Source: Deltaproteobacteria bacterium (GTDB taxonomy: Bacteria > UBA10199 > SPLOWO2-01-44-7). From it: a DNA stretch of 64,000 nt. Made by a program: the position numbers and the translations under genes. The notes beneath the pieces were generated by a model. That model was given only the letters and a program-made list of their open reading frames with translations, was not told the DNA's origin and searched no databases. The DNA is taken from contig JAHFSU010000003.1 of NCBI GenBank assembly GCA_023265595.1, positions 6,178 to 70,177 on the forward strand, read 5' to 3'. The stretch's first letter is position 1. Every line of letters begins with the position of its first letter. Shown here in pieces: positions 28,127 through 37,590 of the stretch.

Positions 28127-28133
28127 CAATGCC

Positions 28134-29108
28134 GTGAGCATTATTTCGCAAAATGTCTCGTTGCTTCCTTATCTTTTGCAAGGGGCTGGGAATTTTTTAA
28201 CGGCTGCCGGCAGCTCTATTTTATCTACTCTACCTTCTGATTTTTTTGTTTTATCGGGCGATATGGGGCGGCAATTATTAGCTGTGGTCCCCCCACTTGC
28301 CTTTGGAATGAGTCGTTTTCGAACCGCGATCGCTTTGAATATATCCCTTAGAGTGGACCCATTGAACGAAGAGGAGTTAATGCGACAAATTATGGCAGGG
28401 GATGTGAGTCAGGTTCCGGTGGAAAAAAGGGATGTTCTTTGGCGTTTGCAAGTTTATGTAGGTGACTTGATAAGACAACACCGTGAAGAGAGGGAGATGA
28501 CTCTCAAAAAATTAGCGTCTCAAGTCGAGGAACTTGGCTCTGCAGATTTAAGCTGCATGGAGAACGCACGAATGTGGGGAACAAAATATTATCCGGGTCT
28601 TGAAAAGGTATTTGATCTTGAACCCGGATTTTTTATGAACGTGATCAAGGCAGGAGAAGGGGAAGCCATCCGTGAGGAAAAAATGGAGAGGGCTGTAGAA
28701 ATGATCATTGGGAATGAGCTGAAGAGATTAAGGATGGAAAAAAATTGGTCTCGGCAACAATTGGCAGAAAAATCAGGCTGTACGGAGTGGAATATAGAAT
28801 ATGCCGAGCAGGGCCACTATTTTTCCAAAGAGACTAAAAAGTGGTATCGTGATTTTGCAAAAGCCTTGGATCTAAGATCGGAATATTTTGAAGAACTCGT
28901 TGAACAACATTTGGCGAGACTCTCCAAATCGGCACCGTCTGAACGGGGGAAAGATTGGAACCCGATGTTACGAGATATTGAAGAGCGCATAGGAGAACCG
29001 ATTCAGGCTATTCACCCAACGGAAAATAAAAGTATATGGACCATAGTCACAGAAACCGGCAAAGCCTTTCGTGTAGAAATTGCTATTTCTGAATTAGTCA
29101 AAGAATAA
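28134..29108 (+). CDS. Hypothetical regulator with two XRE/Cro-type helix-turn-helix regions.
   Basis: ELKRLRMEKNWSRQQLAEKSGCTEWNIEYAEQG is a classic HTH_XRE. An earlier weaker HTH-like region is present. The start codon is uncertain (GTG at 28134 or the internal ATG at 28263). Confidence 0.5.
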   Translation: MSIISQNVSLLPYLLQGAGNFLTAAGSSILSTLPSDFFVLSGDMGRQLLAVVPPLAFGMSRFRTAIALNISLRVDPLNEEELMRQIMAGDVSQVPVEKRDVLWRLQVYVGDLIRQHREEREMTLKKLASQVEELGSADLSCMENARMWGTKYYPGLEKVFDLEPGFFMNVIKAGEGEAIREEKMERAVEMIIGNELKRLRMEKNWSRQQLAEKSGCTEWNIEYAEQGHYFSKETKKWYRDFAKALDLRSEYFEELVEQHLARLSKSAPSERGKDWNPMLRDIEERIGEPIQAIHPTENKSIWTIVTETGKAFRVEIAISELVKE

Positions 29109-29159
29109 CGAACTCTCCCGTTGCGATTTTAGTTTGTTCATAATAGGTGAGTCTCGCCT

Positions 29160-31469
29160 ATGCATTCCATCAAAAAAGTCGCGGTGATTGGGTCGGGTGT
29201 TATGGGCTCCGGCATTGCGGCTCATTTGGCCAATTGCGGGATTCCCTCTTATCTTCTTGATGTGGTGCCGCCGGACTTGGGAAAAATCCTCAAGGCAAAA
29301 CCGGCCCACCTTTATGACGCCGACGACATCAAACTCATTACCCCGGGCCTGCTCGATCAAAATTTGGAGAAATTGAAAGAGTGCGATTGGGTTATCGAGG
29401 CAATCCCCGAAAGACTCGATCTCAAAAAAGAGCTCTACAAAAAAATCACGCCGTATTTAAGAAACGACGCATGGGTCTCTTCCAACACCTCCGGCCTGCC
29501 TTTTCATGAACTCAAATTCCGCGACAAATTTTGCATCACCCATTTTTTCAATCCCCCCCGCTATCTCAAGCTGGTTGAAATGGTTGGTGACGCGCCGGAG
29601 CTGGCGGCATTTATCCGGGAAAAATTGGGGAAAGGTGTTGTGCGTGCTAAAGACACGCCGAATTTTATCGCCAACCGAATCGGCGTTTTTCATGTCTATG
29701 ATTGTCTGCATAAAGCGGCGGAAAACGGGTGGCCGGTCGAGGTGATCGACAAGGTGATGGGGCCCGCAACACTCCATCCCAAGAGCGCCGCTTTCCGAAC
29801 GTGTGACATTGTCGGTCTCGACACATTAAGTCTTGTCGCCAAAACCTGTTATGACGGCTGTCCCCAAGATGAATGCCGCGCTACTTTCAAAAATCCGGAG
29901 TTCTTGGACAAGATGATTGAAAAAAAATGGCTCGGCGAAAAAACGAAATCGGGATTTTACAAGGTGGTCCTTCGACCCTTCGACCCTTCGACAAGCTCAG
30001 GACTCAGGGTGAGCGGGGCTCAGGATGAGCGGGGTGCCAAGGAAATTTTATCGATTAATTTGCAGACATTGGAATATGGGTCGCAACAAAAATTCCGCGC
30101 TGATTCCTTGGGGAAAGTAAGGGAGATCACCGATCCGGCTGAAAAAATAAGGACCGTTGTCTTTGCCGATGACGAAGCCGGAAAGATCGCATGGTCGCTG
30201 ATGTCGAATATGCTTCTCTATGCCGCCAATCGGGTCCCTGAAATTTCGGATTCCATTCAAGATGTCGATCACGCTATGCGCTGGGGCTTTAATTGGGAGA
30301 TGGGCCCTTTTGAAATGTGGGATGCGCTCGGTGTGGCAACGGTTGCCGAGCGTTTGCAAAAAGAGGGGCGTGTCGTTCCGGCACTTGTTCAAGACATTCT
30401 CAAAAAAGACGGAAAGTTTTACCCCAAGCCGTCGCTCACCTTTTTAAAATCGCGCAAAGAGAGCGGCGGCGTTGTTGAAACGAATGCCGGCGGATCGGTG
30501 GTCGATCTGGGCGACGGCGTTTTTTGCGCCGAGTTTCATTCCAAAATGAATGCAATCGACGGCGATGTGCTGGAGATTATCAATAAAGGTTTGGCGCGGG
30601 CTGAAAAAGAGGGCCAAGGCTTGGTCATCACAAACGAAGGAGAAAATTTTTCGGTCGGTGCCAATTTGATGCTGATCTTGCTAACCGCCCAGCAGAAAGA
30701 TTGGAATCAGCTCGATTTCATCGTACGCGAATTTCAAAAAACGATGCAGGCGATCCGCTTTAGCAAAAAACCGGTTGTGGCGGCCCCTTTTAATTTGGCG
30801 CTCGGCGGCGGTTGCGAAACCTGTCTCTCCGCCGCGCACATTGCGGCCGCGGCGGAAACCTATGTCGGTTTGGTTGAAGTAGGCGTTGGGCTTTTGCCCG
30901 CCGGCGGCGGTTGCAAAAATATGCTCCTTCGGTGGGAAGAGAGAATGAGGGAAAATCATAATCCGAAAGATAAAATCTGGTTTTCTCCCGCTGATGGCGG
31001 CCCTTTTCCAAAAGTGCAAAAGGCCTTTGAATTGATTGCGATGGCCAAGGTGGCGACTTCGGCCAAAGAGGCTAAAAAATTTGGATTTTTAAGAAAAAAT
31101 GATTCGGTTGTTTTGGATCGGGAGAATCTGACCGAGGCCGCCAAACAAAAAGTGTTGGAGCTCTCCAAAAATTATGCACCGCCGTTGCCGTCCGAAAAAA
31201 TTCAACTTCCCGGACTGGGCGGCGAGATGGCGTTGACCAATGCCGTTCACGGATTTTTGATTAAAGGGGAGATCAGTGAATACGATGCCTTCATCGGCAA
31301 AACCATCGCCCATGTTCTTTGCGGCGGAGACAAACCGTCGACCCATTATACCGATGAACAGCATCTTCTCGATTTGGAACGGGAAGCGTTTTTAAAACTT
31401 TGCGGTGAAGAGAAGACACAAGCTCGCATGCAGAATATGCTGATGACCGGCAAACCGCTCCGCAATTAA
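29160..31469 (+). CDS. Bifunctional 3-hydroxyacyl-CoA dehydrogenase / enoyl-CoA hydratase, with FadN-type domain order (dehydrogenase N-terminal, crotonase C-terminal).
   Basis: N-terminal NAD-binding VAVIGSGVMGSGIA. A C-terminal crotonase-fold region. 769 aa. Confidence 0.75.
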   Translation: MHSIKKVAVIGSGVMGSGIAAHLANCGIPSYLLDVVPPDLGKILKAKPAHLYDADDIKLITPGLLDQNLEKLKECDWVIEAIPERLDLKKELYKKITPYLRNDAWVSSNTSGLPFHELKFRDKFCITHFFNPPRYLKLVEMVGDAPELAAFIREKLGKGVVRAKDTPNFIANRIGVFHVYDCLHKAAENGWPVEVIDKVMGPATLHPKSAAFRTCDIVGLDTLSLVAKTCYDGCPQDECRATFKNPEFLDKMIEKKWLGEKTKSGFYKVVLRPFDPSTSSGLRVSGAQDERGAKEILSINLQTLEYGSQQKFRADSLGKVREITDPAEKIRTVVFADDEAGKIAWSLMSNMLLYAANRVPEISDSIQDVDHAMRWGFNWEMGPFEMWDALGVATVAERLQKEGRVVPALVQDILKKDGKFYPKPSLTFLKSRKESGGVVETNAGGSVVDLGDGVFCAEFHSKMNAIDGDVLEIINKGLARAEKEGQGLVITNEGENFSVGANLMLILLTAQQKDWNQLDFIVREFQKTMQAIRFSKKPVVAAPFNLALGGGCETCLSAAHIAAAAETYVGLVEVGVGLLPAGGGCKNMLLRWEERMRENHNPKDKIWFSPADGGPFPKVQKAFELIAMAKVATSAKEAKKFGFLRKNDSVVLDRENLTEAAKQKVLELSKNYAPPLPSEKIQLPGLGGEMALTNAVHGFLIKGEISEYDAFIGKTIAHVLCGGDKPSTHYTDEQHLLDLEREAFLKLCGEEKTQARMQNMLMTGKPLRN

Positions 31470-31813
31470 ACCGTTTTTGCCAATTGTGTGTTTTTTTTCT
31501 GAAAAGTTTCGAGACGCGTCAAATAGGCATCCAGACGGCCGATACGGGCATTCAACGTTTTGGCTTTCAGATACCATTTCTTTCCGTCGATATTTTTAAG
31601 CCTTTTGACCAATTCGGTTTTCTCTTTGGCGACTCTCTCTTTATCCTTTTTGATCTGGACTTCGCGGTTTTTCAAAAAATCTTTGGCAAATTCTTTGAAA
31701 GCGGCTTTGAACGCCTTTTCTCCTTCGGGTGAAGTTCTCTTGATCTTTTTCTTTTTAAACTCGGGATTTTTCTTCAAAAACTGACCCCAAGTAAAGTGAT
31801 TTGATAATGACAT
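31466..31813 (-). CDS. Small basic Lys-rich hypothetical protein.
   Basis: 115-aa ORF, highly basic, no recognised domain. Confidence 0.35.
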   Translation of the reverse strand: MSLSNHFTWGQFLKKNPEFKKKKIKRTSPEGEKAFKAAFKEFAKDFLKNREVQIKKDKERVAKEKTELVKRLKNIDGKKWYLKAKTLNARIGRLDAYLTRLETFQKKNTQLAKTV

Positions 31814-31879
31814 AAAACCTCCAAGATTTGCGGATTGCCCTCTCTACGGTGATTTGATAAGGGATGTCAAGGAGGATTT

Positions 31880-32260
31880 ATGACCTATCCCAACATTAAA
31901 CCTAGAGAGGCCTATCAAAAAATGCAGGAAGGTTTTACCTATCTCGATGTCCGCACAACGGAAGAATTCAAAAAAGGGCATCCCAAAGGGGCGGTGAACA
32001 TCCCCGTTTTTATTGTCGGGCCGGCCGGACGAGAATTGAATCCCAATTTTTTGGAGATTGTTAAAGAACAGTTTGACAAAAATTCCAAACTGGTTGTCGG
32101 TTGTCAGTCGGGCGGACGTTCTGCCAAGGCTTGTGAGTTTCTTACGGAGGAAGGTTATCTACAGGTTATGAATTGCAAGGGGAGTTTCGGCGGCGGCCCC
32201 GACCCCGAGACCGGTGAAATGGTTAAAGGCTGGAAAGAGGAAGGACTTCCTTGTGAGTAA
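31880..32260 (+). CDS. Rhodanese-domain sulfurtransferase.
   Basis: Single rhodanese domain with active-site loop CQSGGRS. Confidence 0.75.
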   Translation: MTYPNIKPREAYQKMQEGFTYLDVRTTEEFKKGHPKGAVNIPVFIVGPAGRELNPNFLEIVKEQFDKNSKLVVGCQSGGRSAKACEFLTEEGYLQVMNCKGSFGGGPDPETGEMVKGWKEEGLPCE

Positions 32261-32263
32261 TAT

Positions 32264-33031
32264 ATGCTTCTAGCGATGGATGTCGGAAATACAAATGTAA
32301 CACTCGGTTTTTTTGCAGAGGGGAAGCTGCAGCACGATTGGCGTGTGGATACCGCACACGTTCGTACTGCCGATGAGATGGGGATCATGTTCAAAGCCCT
32401 TTTCAGTCTGGCGGGGATGGATTTTGAATCGATTAAGGCGATTGCCGTCTCCAATGTTGTTCCGCCCCTTCAGCATATTTTATTGACGACCTGCCAGCGC
32501 TATTTTGAAAAAGAACCTCTCTGGGTGACTCATGAAACGGCCAAAATAAAATATCGTGTCGATCGGCCTGAAGAAGTCGGCGCCGATCGTTTGTGCAATG
32601 CCATTGCGGCTTGGGAAAAATTCAAAACCGCAACAATCGTTGTCGATTTCGGGACGGCCACCACTTTTGATATTGTGACAGCCAAAGGAGAATATGGAGG
32701 TGGGGCTATTGCGCCGGGGATAGGCATTGCGAATCGAGCCTTAGCCGAAGCTGCCGCCAAACTGCCGCGCGTGGAAATTGCCAAACCGAAACATGTTGTG
32801 GGGCGTAACACCGTGGAATGTATTCAAGGAGGGATCTATTACGGCTACGTCGGTCTCGTCGATCATCTGGTGAGTTTGAGTATTCGGGAAGAGGGGGTAC
32901 CGATGAGAGTTGTAGCCACCGGCGGTTTGGCTTCTTTGATTGCACAAGAATCAAGGACGATTGAAAGTGTCGAACGGTTTTTAACGCTTGAGGGGATTCA
33001 TCATATCTGGAAACGGTGTCATGCCCACTAA
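32264..33031 (+). CDS. coaX: Type III pantothenate kinase.
   Basis: MLLAMDVGNTN N-terminus and conserved CoaX/Bvg-accessory-factor motifs (GTATTFD, GGxA). Confidence 0.85.
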   Translation: MLLAMDVGNTNVTLGFFAEGKLQHDWRVDTAHVRTADEMGIMFKALFSLAGMDFESIKAIAVSNVVPPLQHILLTTCQRYFEKEPLWVTHETAKIKYRVDRPEEVGADRLCNAIAAWEKFKTATIVVDFGTATTFDIVTAKGEYGGGAIAPGIGIANRALAEAAAKLPRVEIAKPKHVVGRNTVECIQGGIYYGYVGLVDHLVSLSIREEGVPMRVVATGGLASLIAQESRTIESVERFLTLEGIHHIWKRCHAH

Positions 33032-34119
33032 ATCCACTGTGGAAATAATTTTTGAATAATCGGGTGAACGGCTTTTCCATTTTGTGTCTGTAAACCCAAT
33101 CGGAGTGTGGCATCGGACTCCAATGCCTTGTGTATACCTAAATTGGCGAGATTCAAGACATAGGGAAATGTTGCTGTGGTGAGAGCTTCGGTCGATGTGC
33201 GCGGTGTGAGCGCCGGCATGTTGGTGACGCAGTAATGGATGACGCCGCGCTCTTTGTAAGTCGGTTCCGCGTGGGTGGTGGGGTGGGAGGTTTCAATGCA
33301 TCCCCCCTGATCGATGGCCACATCGACAATCACCGAGCCCTCTTCCATGCTCCCCACGGTCTCTTTTTTGACAACGGTCGGGGCCTTGTCTCCCGACACC
33401 AGAACAGCACCGACAAGCAGATCGGCTTTGACAACCCATTCGAGAATGGATTGTGGGGTGGAGCGAATCGCTTTGACGCGGCCATGAAATTTTTCTTCGA
33501 TCCGTTTGAGTTTGTGATCTTTTACATCGAGCATCACCACTTCGGCGCCGAGACCGGCCGCTACTTCCGCGGCATTCATGCCGACATGCCCTGCACCGAT
33601 CACAACCACGAGTCCCTTATCGGTGCCGGTCACGCCACCGAGCAGGACCCCTTTTCCACCGTGATTGGTATGTAACAGATAAGTGCCAATTTGTGTGGCG
33701 ATTCGGCCGGCCACTTCGCTCATCGGAGTCAATAGCGGCAATTCGCCGCTCGATAATGCGACCGTTTCATATCCTATTCCGGTCACTCTGTTTTGGCAGA
33801 GGGCATCCATTAATGGAAGCATGCTTGCCAAATGGAGATAGGTGAATAGTGTAAGGTTCGGCCGCAAATAACGATATTCACTTTCGACAGGCTCTTTCAC
33901 TTTCACAATCAATTCCGATTTGGCCCAAACCTCATCGGCATTAGGGCAAAGAGTAGCGCCGGCTTTTGCATATTCTTCATCGGTAAAACCGCTTGCAAAG
34001 CCGGCCTTTTGCTGGACCAAAACAGAATGACCTCCCTGAAGCAGTCTTTGAACCCCTTTGGGAGTCACCGAAACGCGGGTCTCTTTGGTTTTAATCTCTT
34101 TTGGAATGCCGATTTGCAT
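33028..34119 (-). CDS. ald: L-alanine dehydrogenase.
   Basis: MxIGIPKExKxxExRV N-terminus and Rossmann GAGxVG motif. 363 aa. Confidence 0.85.
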   Translation of the reverse strand: MQIGIPKEIKTKETRVSVTPKGVQRLLQGGHSVLVQQKAGFASGFTDEEYAKAGATLCPNADEVWAKSELIVKVKEPVESEYRYLRPNLTLFTYLHLASMLPLMDALCQNRVTGIGYETVALSSGELPLLTPMSEVAGRIATQIGTYLLHTNHGGKGVLLGGVTGTDKGLVVVIGAGHVGMNAAEVAAGLGAEVVMLDVKDHKLKRIEEKFHGRVKAIRSTPQSILEWVVKADLLVGAVLVSGDKAPTVVKKETVGSMEEGSVIVDVAIDQGGCIETSHPTTHAEPTYKERGVIHYCVTNMPALTPRTSTEALTTATFPYVLNLANLGIHKALESDATLRLGLQTQNGKAVHPIIQKLFPQWI

Positions 34120-34176
34120 GATCGCCGAACTGCCTATCCGATATCCTGATTGAAGTCAAATCTCCGCAATCTCCGC

Positions 34177-34210
34177 TACCTGGTAGAAAAGAGGCTTTCC
34201 CTACCAGGTA
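34177..34210. promoter_or_regulatory. Two TACCWGGTA palindromes (34177-34185, 34202-34210) spaced 25 bp, the same motif and phasing as at 8142-8200.
   Basis: Read directly: cgcTACCTGGTAgaa ... cccTACCAGGTAgaa. They lie about 30-80 bp upstream of motif copy f. Confidence 0.5.
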
Positions 34211-34238
34211 GAAATGACGCTTTGTGTCATTCGGCAGG

Positions 34239-34264
34239 CAACCTTCTTGAAGGAGTGCCGATAA
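34239..34264 (+). promoter_or_regulatory. Copy f of the CAAC-N14-GCCGATAA motif (gCAACcttcttgaaggagtGCCGATAAgaag).
   Basis: Read directly. It ends 8 nt before the ATG at 34273, which implies a leaderless or near-leaderless mRNA. Confidence 0.45.
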
Positions 34265-34272
34265 GAAGTCAG

Positions 34273-37200
34273 ATGCGCAACTGTTTTCTTACATTGGCTT
34301 TGGCCCTTGCCTCGATTTGTTTTTTCTCCTGTTCCGACGGCAAACTCGGTGTCAGCGGCGGTATTACGCCCGATCTGGTCGGTACGCCGGATACTTCGCT
34401 TAGCGTTCATGAGGCTTCGCAGTTGATTGGTGGGCCGGCCGCGCAAGGACGTTTAGGCGATATTCTTCTTTCCAATTCCAAAATCCGCGTCCTTTTTCAG
34501 AAGGCCTCCAAAGATGCCGGCATCGGATCTTTCGGCGGTAATATTTTGGATGCCGATCGTGTGCGGCCCTCCGGCTCGCTCGGTCAGGATCGTTGGCGCG
34601 AACTTTTTCCGCTCGTCAATGTGGAATGGACGGTCAACACCGTCGATTTTATCGTCTTGTCCGATGGAAAAGAGGGCGGCCCTCAAGTTTTAAGAACCGT
34701 CGGCATGCTCGATGTCTACGATTATCTCGATCTCGACTGGATTGCCGACGCCGCCTCTGCGGTATTGGGGCAGCAGATCAATTTCGCCGATCGTTTTGAT
34801 GATCGCCGCGATCCGTTCAATGTCGATCCCTCGCTCAAAAATTTGTACCCGCAAGTGATTACCGACTACACGCTCGAACCGAATACCAACTATGTCAAGA
34901 TGGTAACCACCTTCACGAACCCCTCCAAAAATCCGATTGCGATGCCGGTCGGCGATTTTCTAGTCGGCGGCGGCGAGTTGCAAGTACTGGTGCCGGGCCA
35001 AGGTTTTGCACCGCCCGTCATGACACAGGTGGCACAAACAACTCCCGCCGTGATTTTTGCCGGTTTTCCGGGCGTCGATGTTTCATACGGTTATTTTTAT
35101 GAGTTAGCCGATTTCAAAAAACCGAAAATCAAGGAAGAGGATCCCGATGAGCTCTACACGACCACGGCTCTTAGCTATTCCGGCGTCACCGGCGTTTTGC
35201 TCGGAGAAGAATTTTTGAAAATCCTGCCGATCGGAATGCATGCAGCGCCTGAAATACATTTTGTGATTCCGCCGGAAAGTGAACGGAGCATCACCCGTTA
35301 TTTTGTCATTGGTGACGGATCGGCCGGTTCCGTGCTTGATACCGGACTCGTGATTTTGAAAGTCCCCACATCGACATTGTCAGGACAAGTGGTGGCCGGC
35401 AGCGGGGCCCCCGTTTCGGGAGCGACCGTTGCAGTGAAAAAATTGGGAGGTCCGACCGTGGTGACCTATACAACCGATGTGACAGGTCATTTTCACGGAA
35501 AGTTGCCGAAAGGTTCCGATCTGGTCGGAAAAACATTTGGTGATGGGCAATACGAAGTTTGGGTTAACAAAGAAGGGTATCATCAAAATACAACCGGCCG
35601 GGCGGGGACTTGTTCTCCCGCAAAAATTGATGTGACGCAAATGGCGGGTGTGCAGATTTCTTGTACATTAGGCGAAGTCGGATTTGTGCAATTAAGTGGT
35701 ATAACGGATGCCTCAACAGGGACGAATATTGCGTCACGATTGACCATTGTCGGCATTGACCCCTCGCCGGAAACGGAAGGCGCCGGCACTTTTTCAGACA
35801 CAAGCGTTTTTACGAGGCCCTTCGGTATTATTGATGCGAAAATTATCAATGTCAGAGGAGGGATCGGTTTGAGCGCCAAAAACATTTTTGAGCTGGAACC
35901 GGGAAACTACAAATTTGTTTTCTCACATGGGCCCGAATATTCCATTTTTGAAAAGGATGTTGTTGTGGGAGCCAGCGCCACAACGGTTATTCCCCCGGTT
36001 GTCCTCAAAAAAGTCATCTCTACACTCGGTTTTATCTCCGCCGATTTTCATGTCCATGCTCTGAACAGCCCCGACAGCGCTTTTAGCGTAGAGCGTCGGG
36101 CTTTAACGGCTGTTGCCGACGGTTTGGATGTGCTCCACAGCTCTGATCACGATTTTTTGACCGACTATGCCCCCGTGGTGGGCGAGTTGGTACAAGAGGG
36201 CTGGCTTACATCGGGGAGTGTGCAAACGATTGTCGGAGATGAAATTACACCGAATCAATATGGCCATCTGCATGCCTTTCCGTTAACGATCGATCCGGAA
36301 GATGTCGATCATGGTGCGCTCGACTGGTCGATGCATCCGTTGGATGAGGTCTCCACCGCTCCGGATTATGCACTTTCACCGCGTGAAATTGGGAACGAAG
36401 TCTTTCAAGATCCGGGTGAAGAGGTGTTTCAGGTCAACCATATTTCAGATAACCCAACCGGTTTGCCGGTGGCTACCGGTTGGCTGACAACCCCCATTTA
36501 CCGGAAAAAATTCGGCGTGCCGGCTTTCGTTTCTTACGCGGATCCGATTGAAAGGCGGCTCACCGCCCCAACCAACCGTCCGCCTGTCCCTCCTTATACG
36601 ATGTCGGAATCGGAGTTGATTTTTGACAATTTTACCGCAGTGGAATTGGTGATCGGCGCCAATCTCAAAACGAATCAACTTTGGGAATCGGCGCTTCCCA
36701 CATGGTTTAATCTTCTAAATTTGGGGCTCATGCCGACCGCGACCGGCGACTCCGACAGCCATCATGAAATTTCGGTGCCGCTGGGACTCCCGAGAAATTA
36801 TATTGCGATGCCTGTCGATCCGAGGGACGGGCTCGGAGAGAGTTTTGATGACATCAACGAAGAGGTTTATGCCCACAGCATTAATGAGCATCATGTCGTG
36901 GTTTCTGCGGGGCCGTTTATTACCGTCACGGCAAAAAATGAAAAAGGGAAATCGGCGGGTGTGGGTGATGTGATCCGCGGCCATTCGATAAAATTTGATA
37001 TTAAAGCGGAGGCCCCCGATTGGGCATGGTTTGATACGATCGAAATTTACGCCAATACCGAACCGTTGCCGGCGGAAGACAGCGGGCGTTTTGCCATGCG
37101 TGGCGAGGCCGAAACGCCATCCGGTTTTGCGGCGCCTTACCATATTCCTCGTTATACTTATGATGCGATTCAAAAATACAAATTGTCTGACGGGTCGCTG

Positions 37201-37563
37201 AAAAATTTCAAAAAGAAAGACGGCAAAATTACAGCCGAGGTGGAAGTGACGATGAACGTCAACGAAGATACGTGGATGGTGGTTGCCGTCAAGGGAACTC
37301 CGGGGACGGAAGGGTATCGGTCCTTATATCCGATGGTTCCTGACGCCTTCAAAGACGGGAAGAAAAAACCGGAAAATATGGATCCGCTTGATTTGGAGGC
37401 ATTATACAAAGACGAAAATCTCGGCGCTGCCGCTTGGGCTTTTACCAATCCGATTTTTATCGATGTCGATGGGGATGCCGACGGGGATGGCTTTCCTTTC
37501 GAGGCCAAATGGGTTCGTGAAGGATACTCCAAACTTAAGCCCTTTAAACAATTTGTGAAATAG
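34273..37563 (+). CDS. Large secreted lipoprotein (about 1096 aa) with a carboxypeptidase-regulatory-like beta-sandwich and a PHP-type (polymerase/histidinol phosphatase) metal-dependent phosphoesterase-like domain.
   Basis: Signal peptide with Cys (ICFFSCS). PHP-like motifs DFHVHAxNSPDS, SSDHD, GDSDSHH. The ORF-track start at 34150 is rejected because that region carries regulatory motifs. Confidence 0.5.
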   Translation: MRNCFLTLALALASICFFSCSDGKLGVSGGITPDLVGTPDTSLSVHEASQLIGGPAAQGRLGDILLSNSKIRVLFQKASKDAGIGSFGGNILDADRVRPSGSLGQDRWRELFPLVNVEWTVNTVDFIVLSDGKEGGPQVLRTVGMLDVYDYLDLDWIADAASAVLGQQINFADRFDDRRDPFNVDPSLKNLYPQVITDYTLEPNTNYVKMVTTFTNPSKNPIAMPVGDFLVGGGELQVLVPGQGFAPPVMTQVAQTTPAVIFAGFPGVDVSYGYFYELADFKKPKIKEEDPDELYTTTALSYSGVTGVLLGEEFLKILPIGMHAAPEIHFVIPPESERSITRYFVIGDGSAGSVLDTGLVILKVPTSTLSGQVVAGSGAPVSGATVAVKKLGGPTVVTYTTDVTGHFHGKLPKGSDLVGKTFGDGQYEVWVNKEGYHQNTTGRAGTCSPAKIDVTQMAGVQISCTLGEVGFVQLSGITDASTGTNIASRLTIVGIDPSPETEGAGTFSDTSVFTRPFGIIDAKIINVRGGIGLSAKNIFELEPGNYKFVFSHGPEYSIFEKDVVVGASATTVIPPVVLKKVISTLGFISADFHVHALNSPDSAFSVERRALTAVADGLDVLHSSDHDFLTDYAPVVGELVQEGWLTSGSVQTIVGDEITPNQYGHLHAFPLTIDPEDVDHGALDWSMHPLDEVSTAPDYALSPREIGNEVFQDPGEEVFQVNHISDNPTGLPVATGWLTTPIYRKKFGVPAFVSYADPIERRLTAPTNRPPVPPYTMSESELIFDNFTAVELVIGANLKTNQLWESALPTWFNLLNLGLMPTATGDSDSHHEISVPLGLPRNYIAMPVDPRDGLGESFDDINEEVYAHSINEHHVVVSAGPFITVTAKNEKGKSAGVGDVIRGHSIKFDIKAEAPDWAWFDTIEIYANTEPLPAEDSGRFAMRGEAETPSGFAAPYHIPRYTYDAIQKYKLSDGSLKNFKKKDGKITAEVEVTMNVNEDTWMVVAVKGTPGTEGYRSLYPMVPDAFKDGKKKPENMDPLDLEALYKDENLGAAAWAFTNPIFIDVDGDADGDGFPFEAKWVREGYSKLKPFKQFVK

Positions 37564-37590
37564 TCATAAATTTGCTATTTTGCCCCCCAA

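Noticed and set aside
29971-30040. Short tandem repeats considered as a possible CRISPR array or MITE.
   Set aside because: The repeats are 6-10 bp, are in-frame inside fadN, and lack spacer architecture. They are reported instead as a coding low-complexity insertion.
34150-34272. ORF-track 5' extension of the giant lipoprotein (MKSNLRNLRY...).
   Set aside because: The extension contains the TACCWGGTA pair and the CAAC-N14-GCCGATAA motif and has no signal peptide. The signal peptide starts at the Met at 34273.
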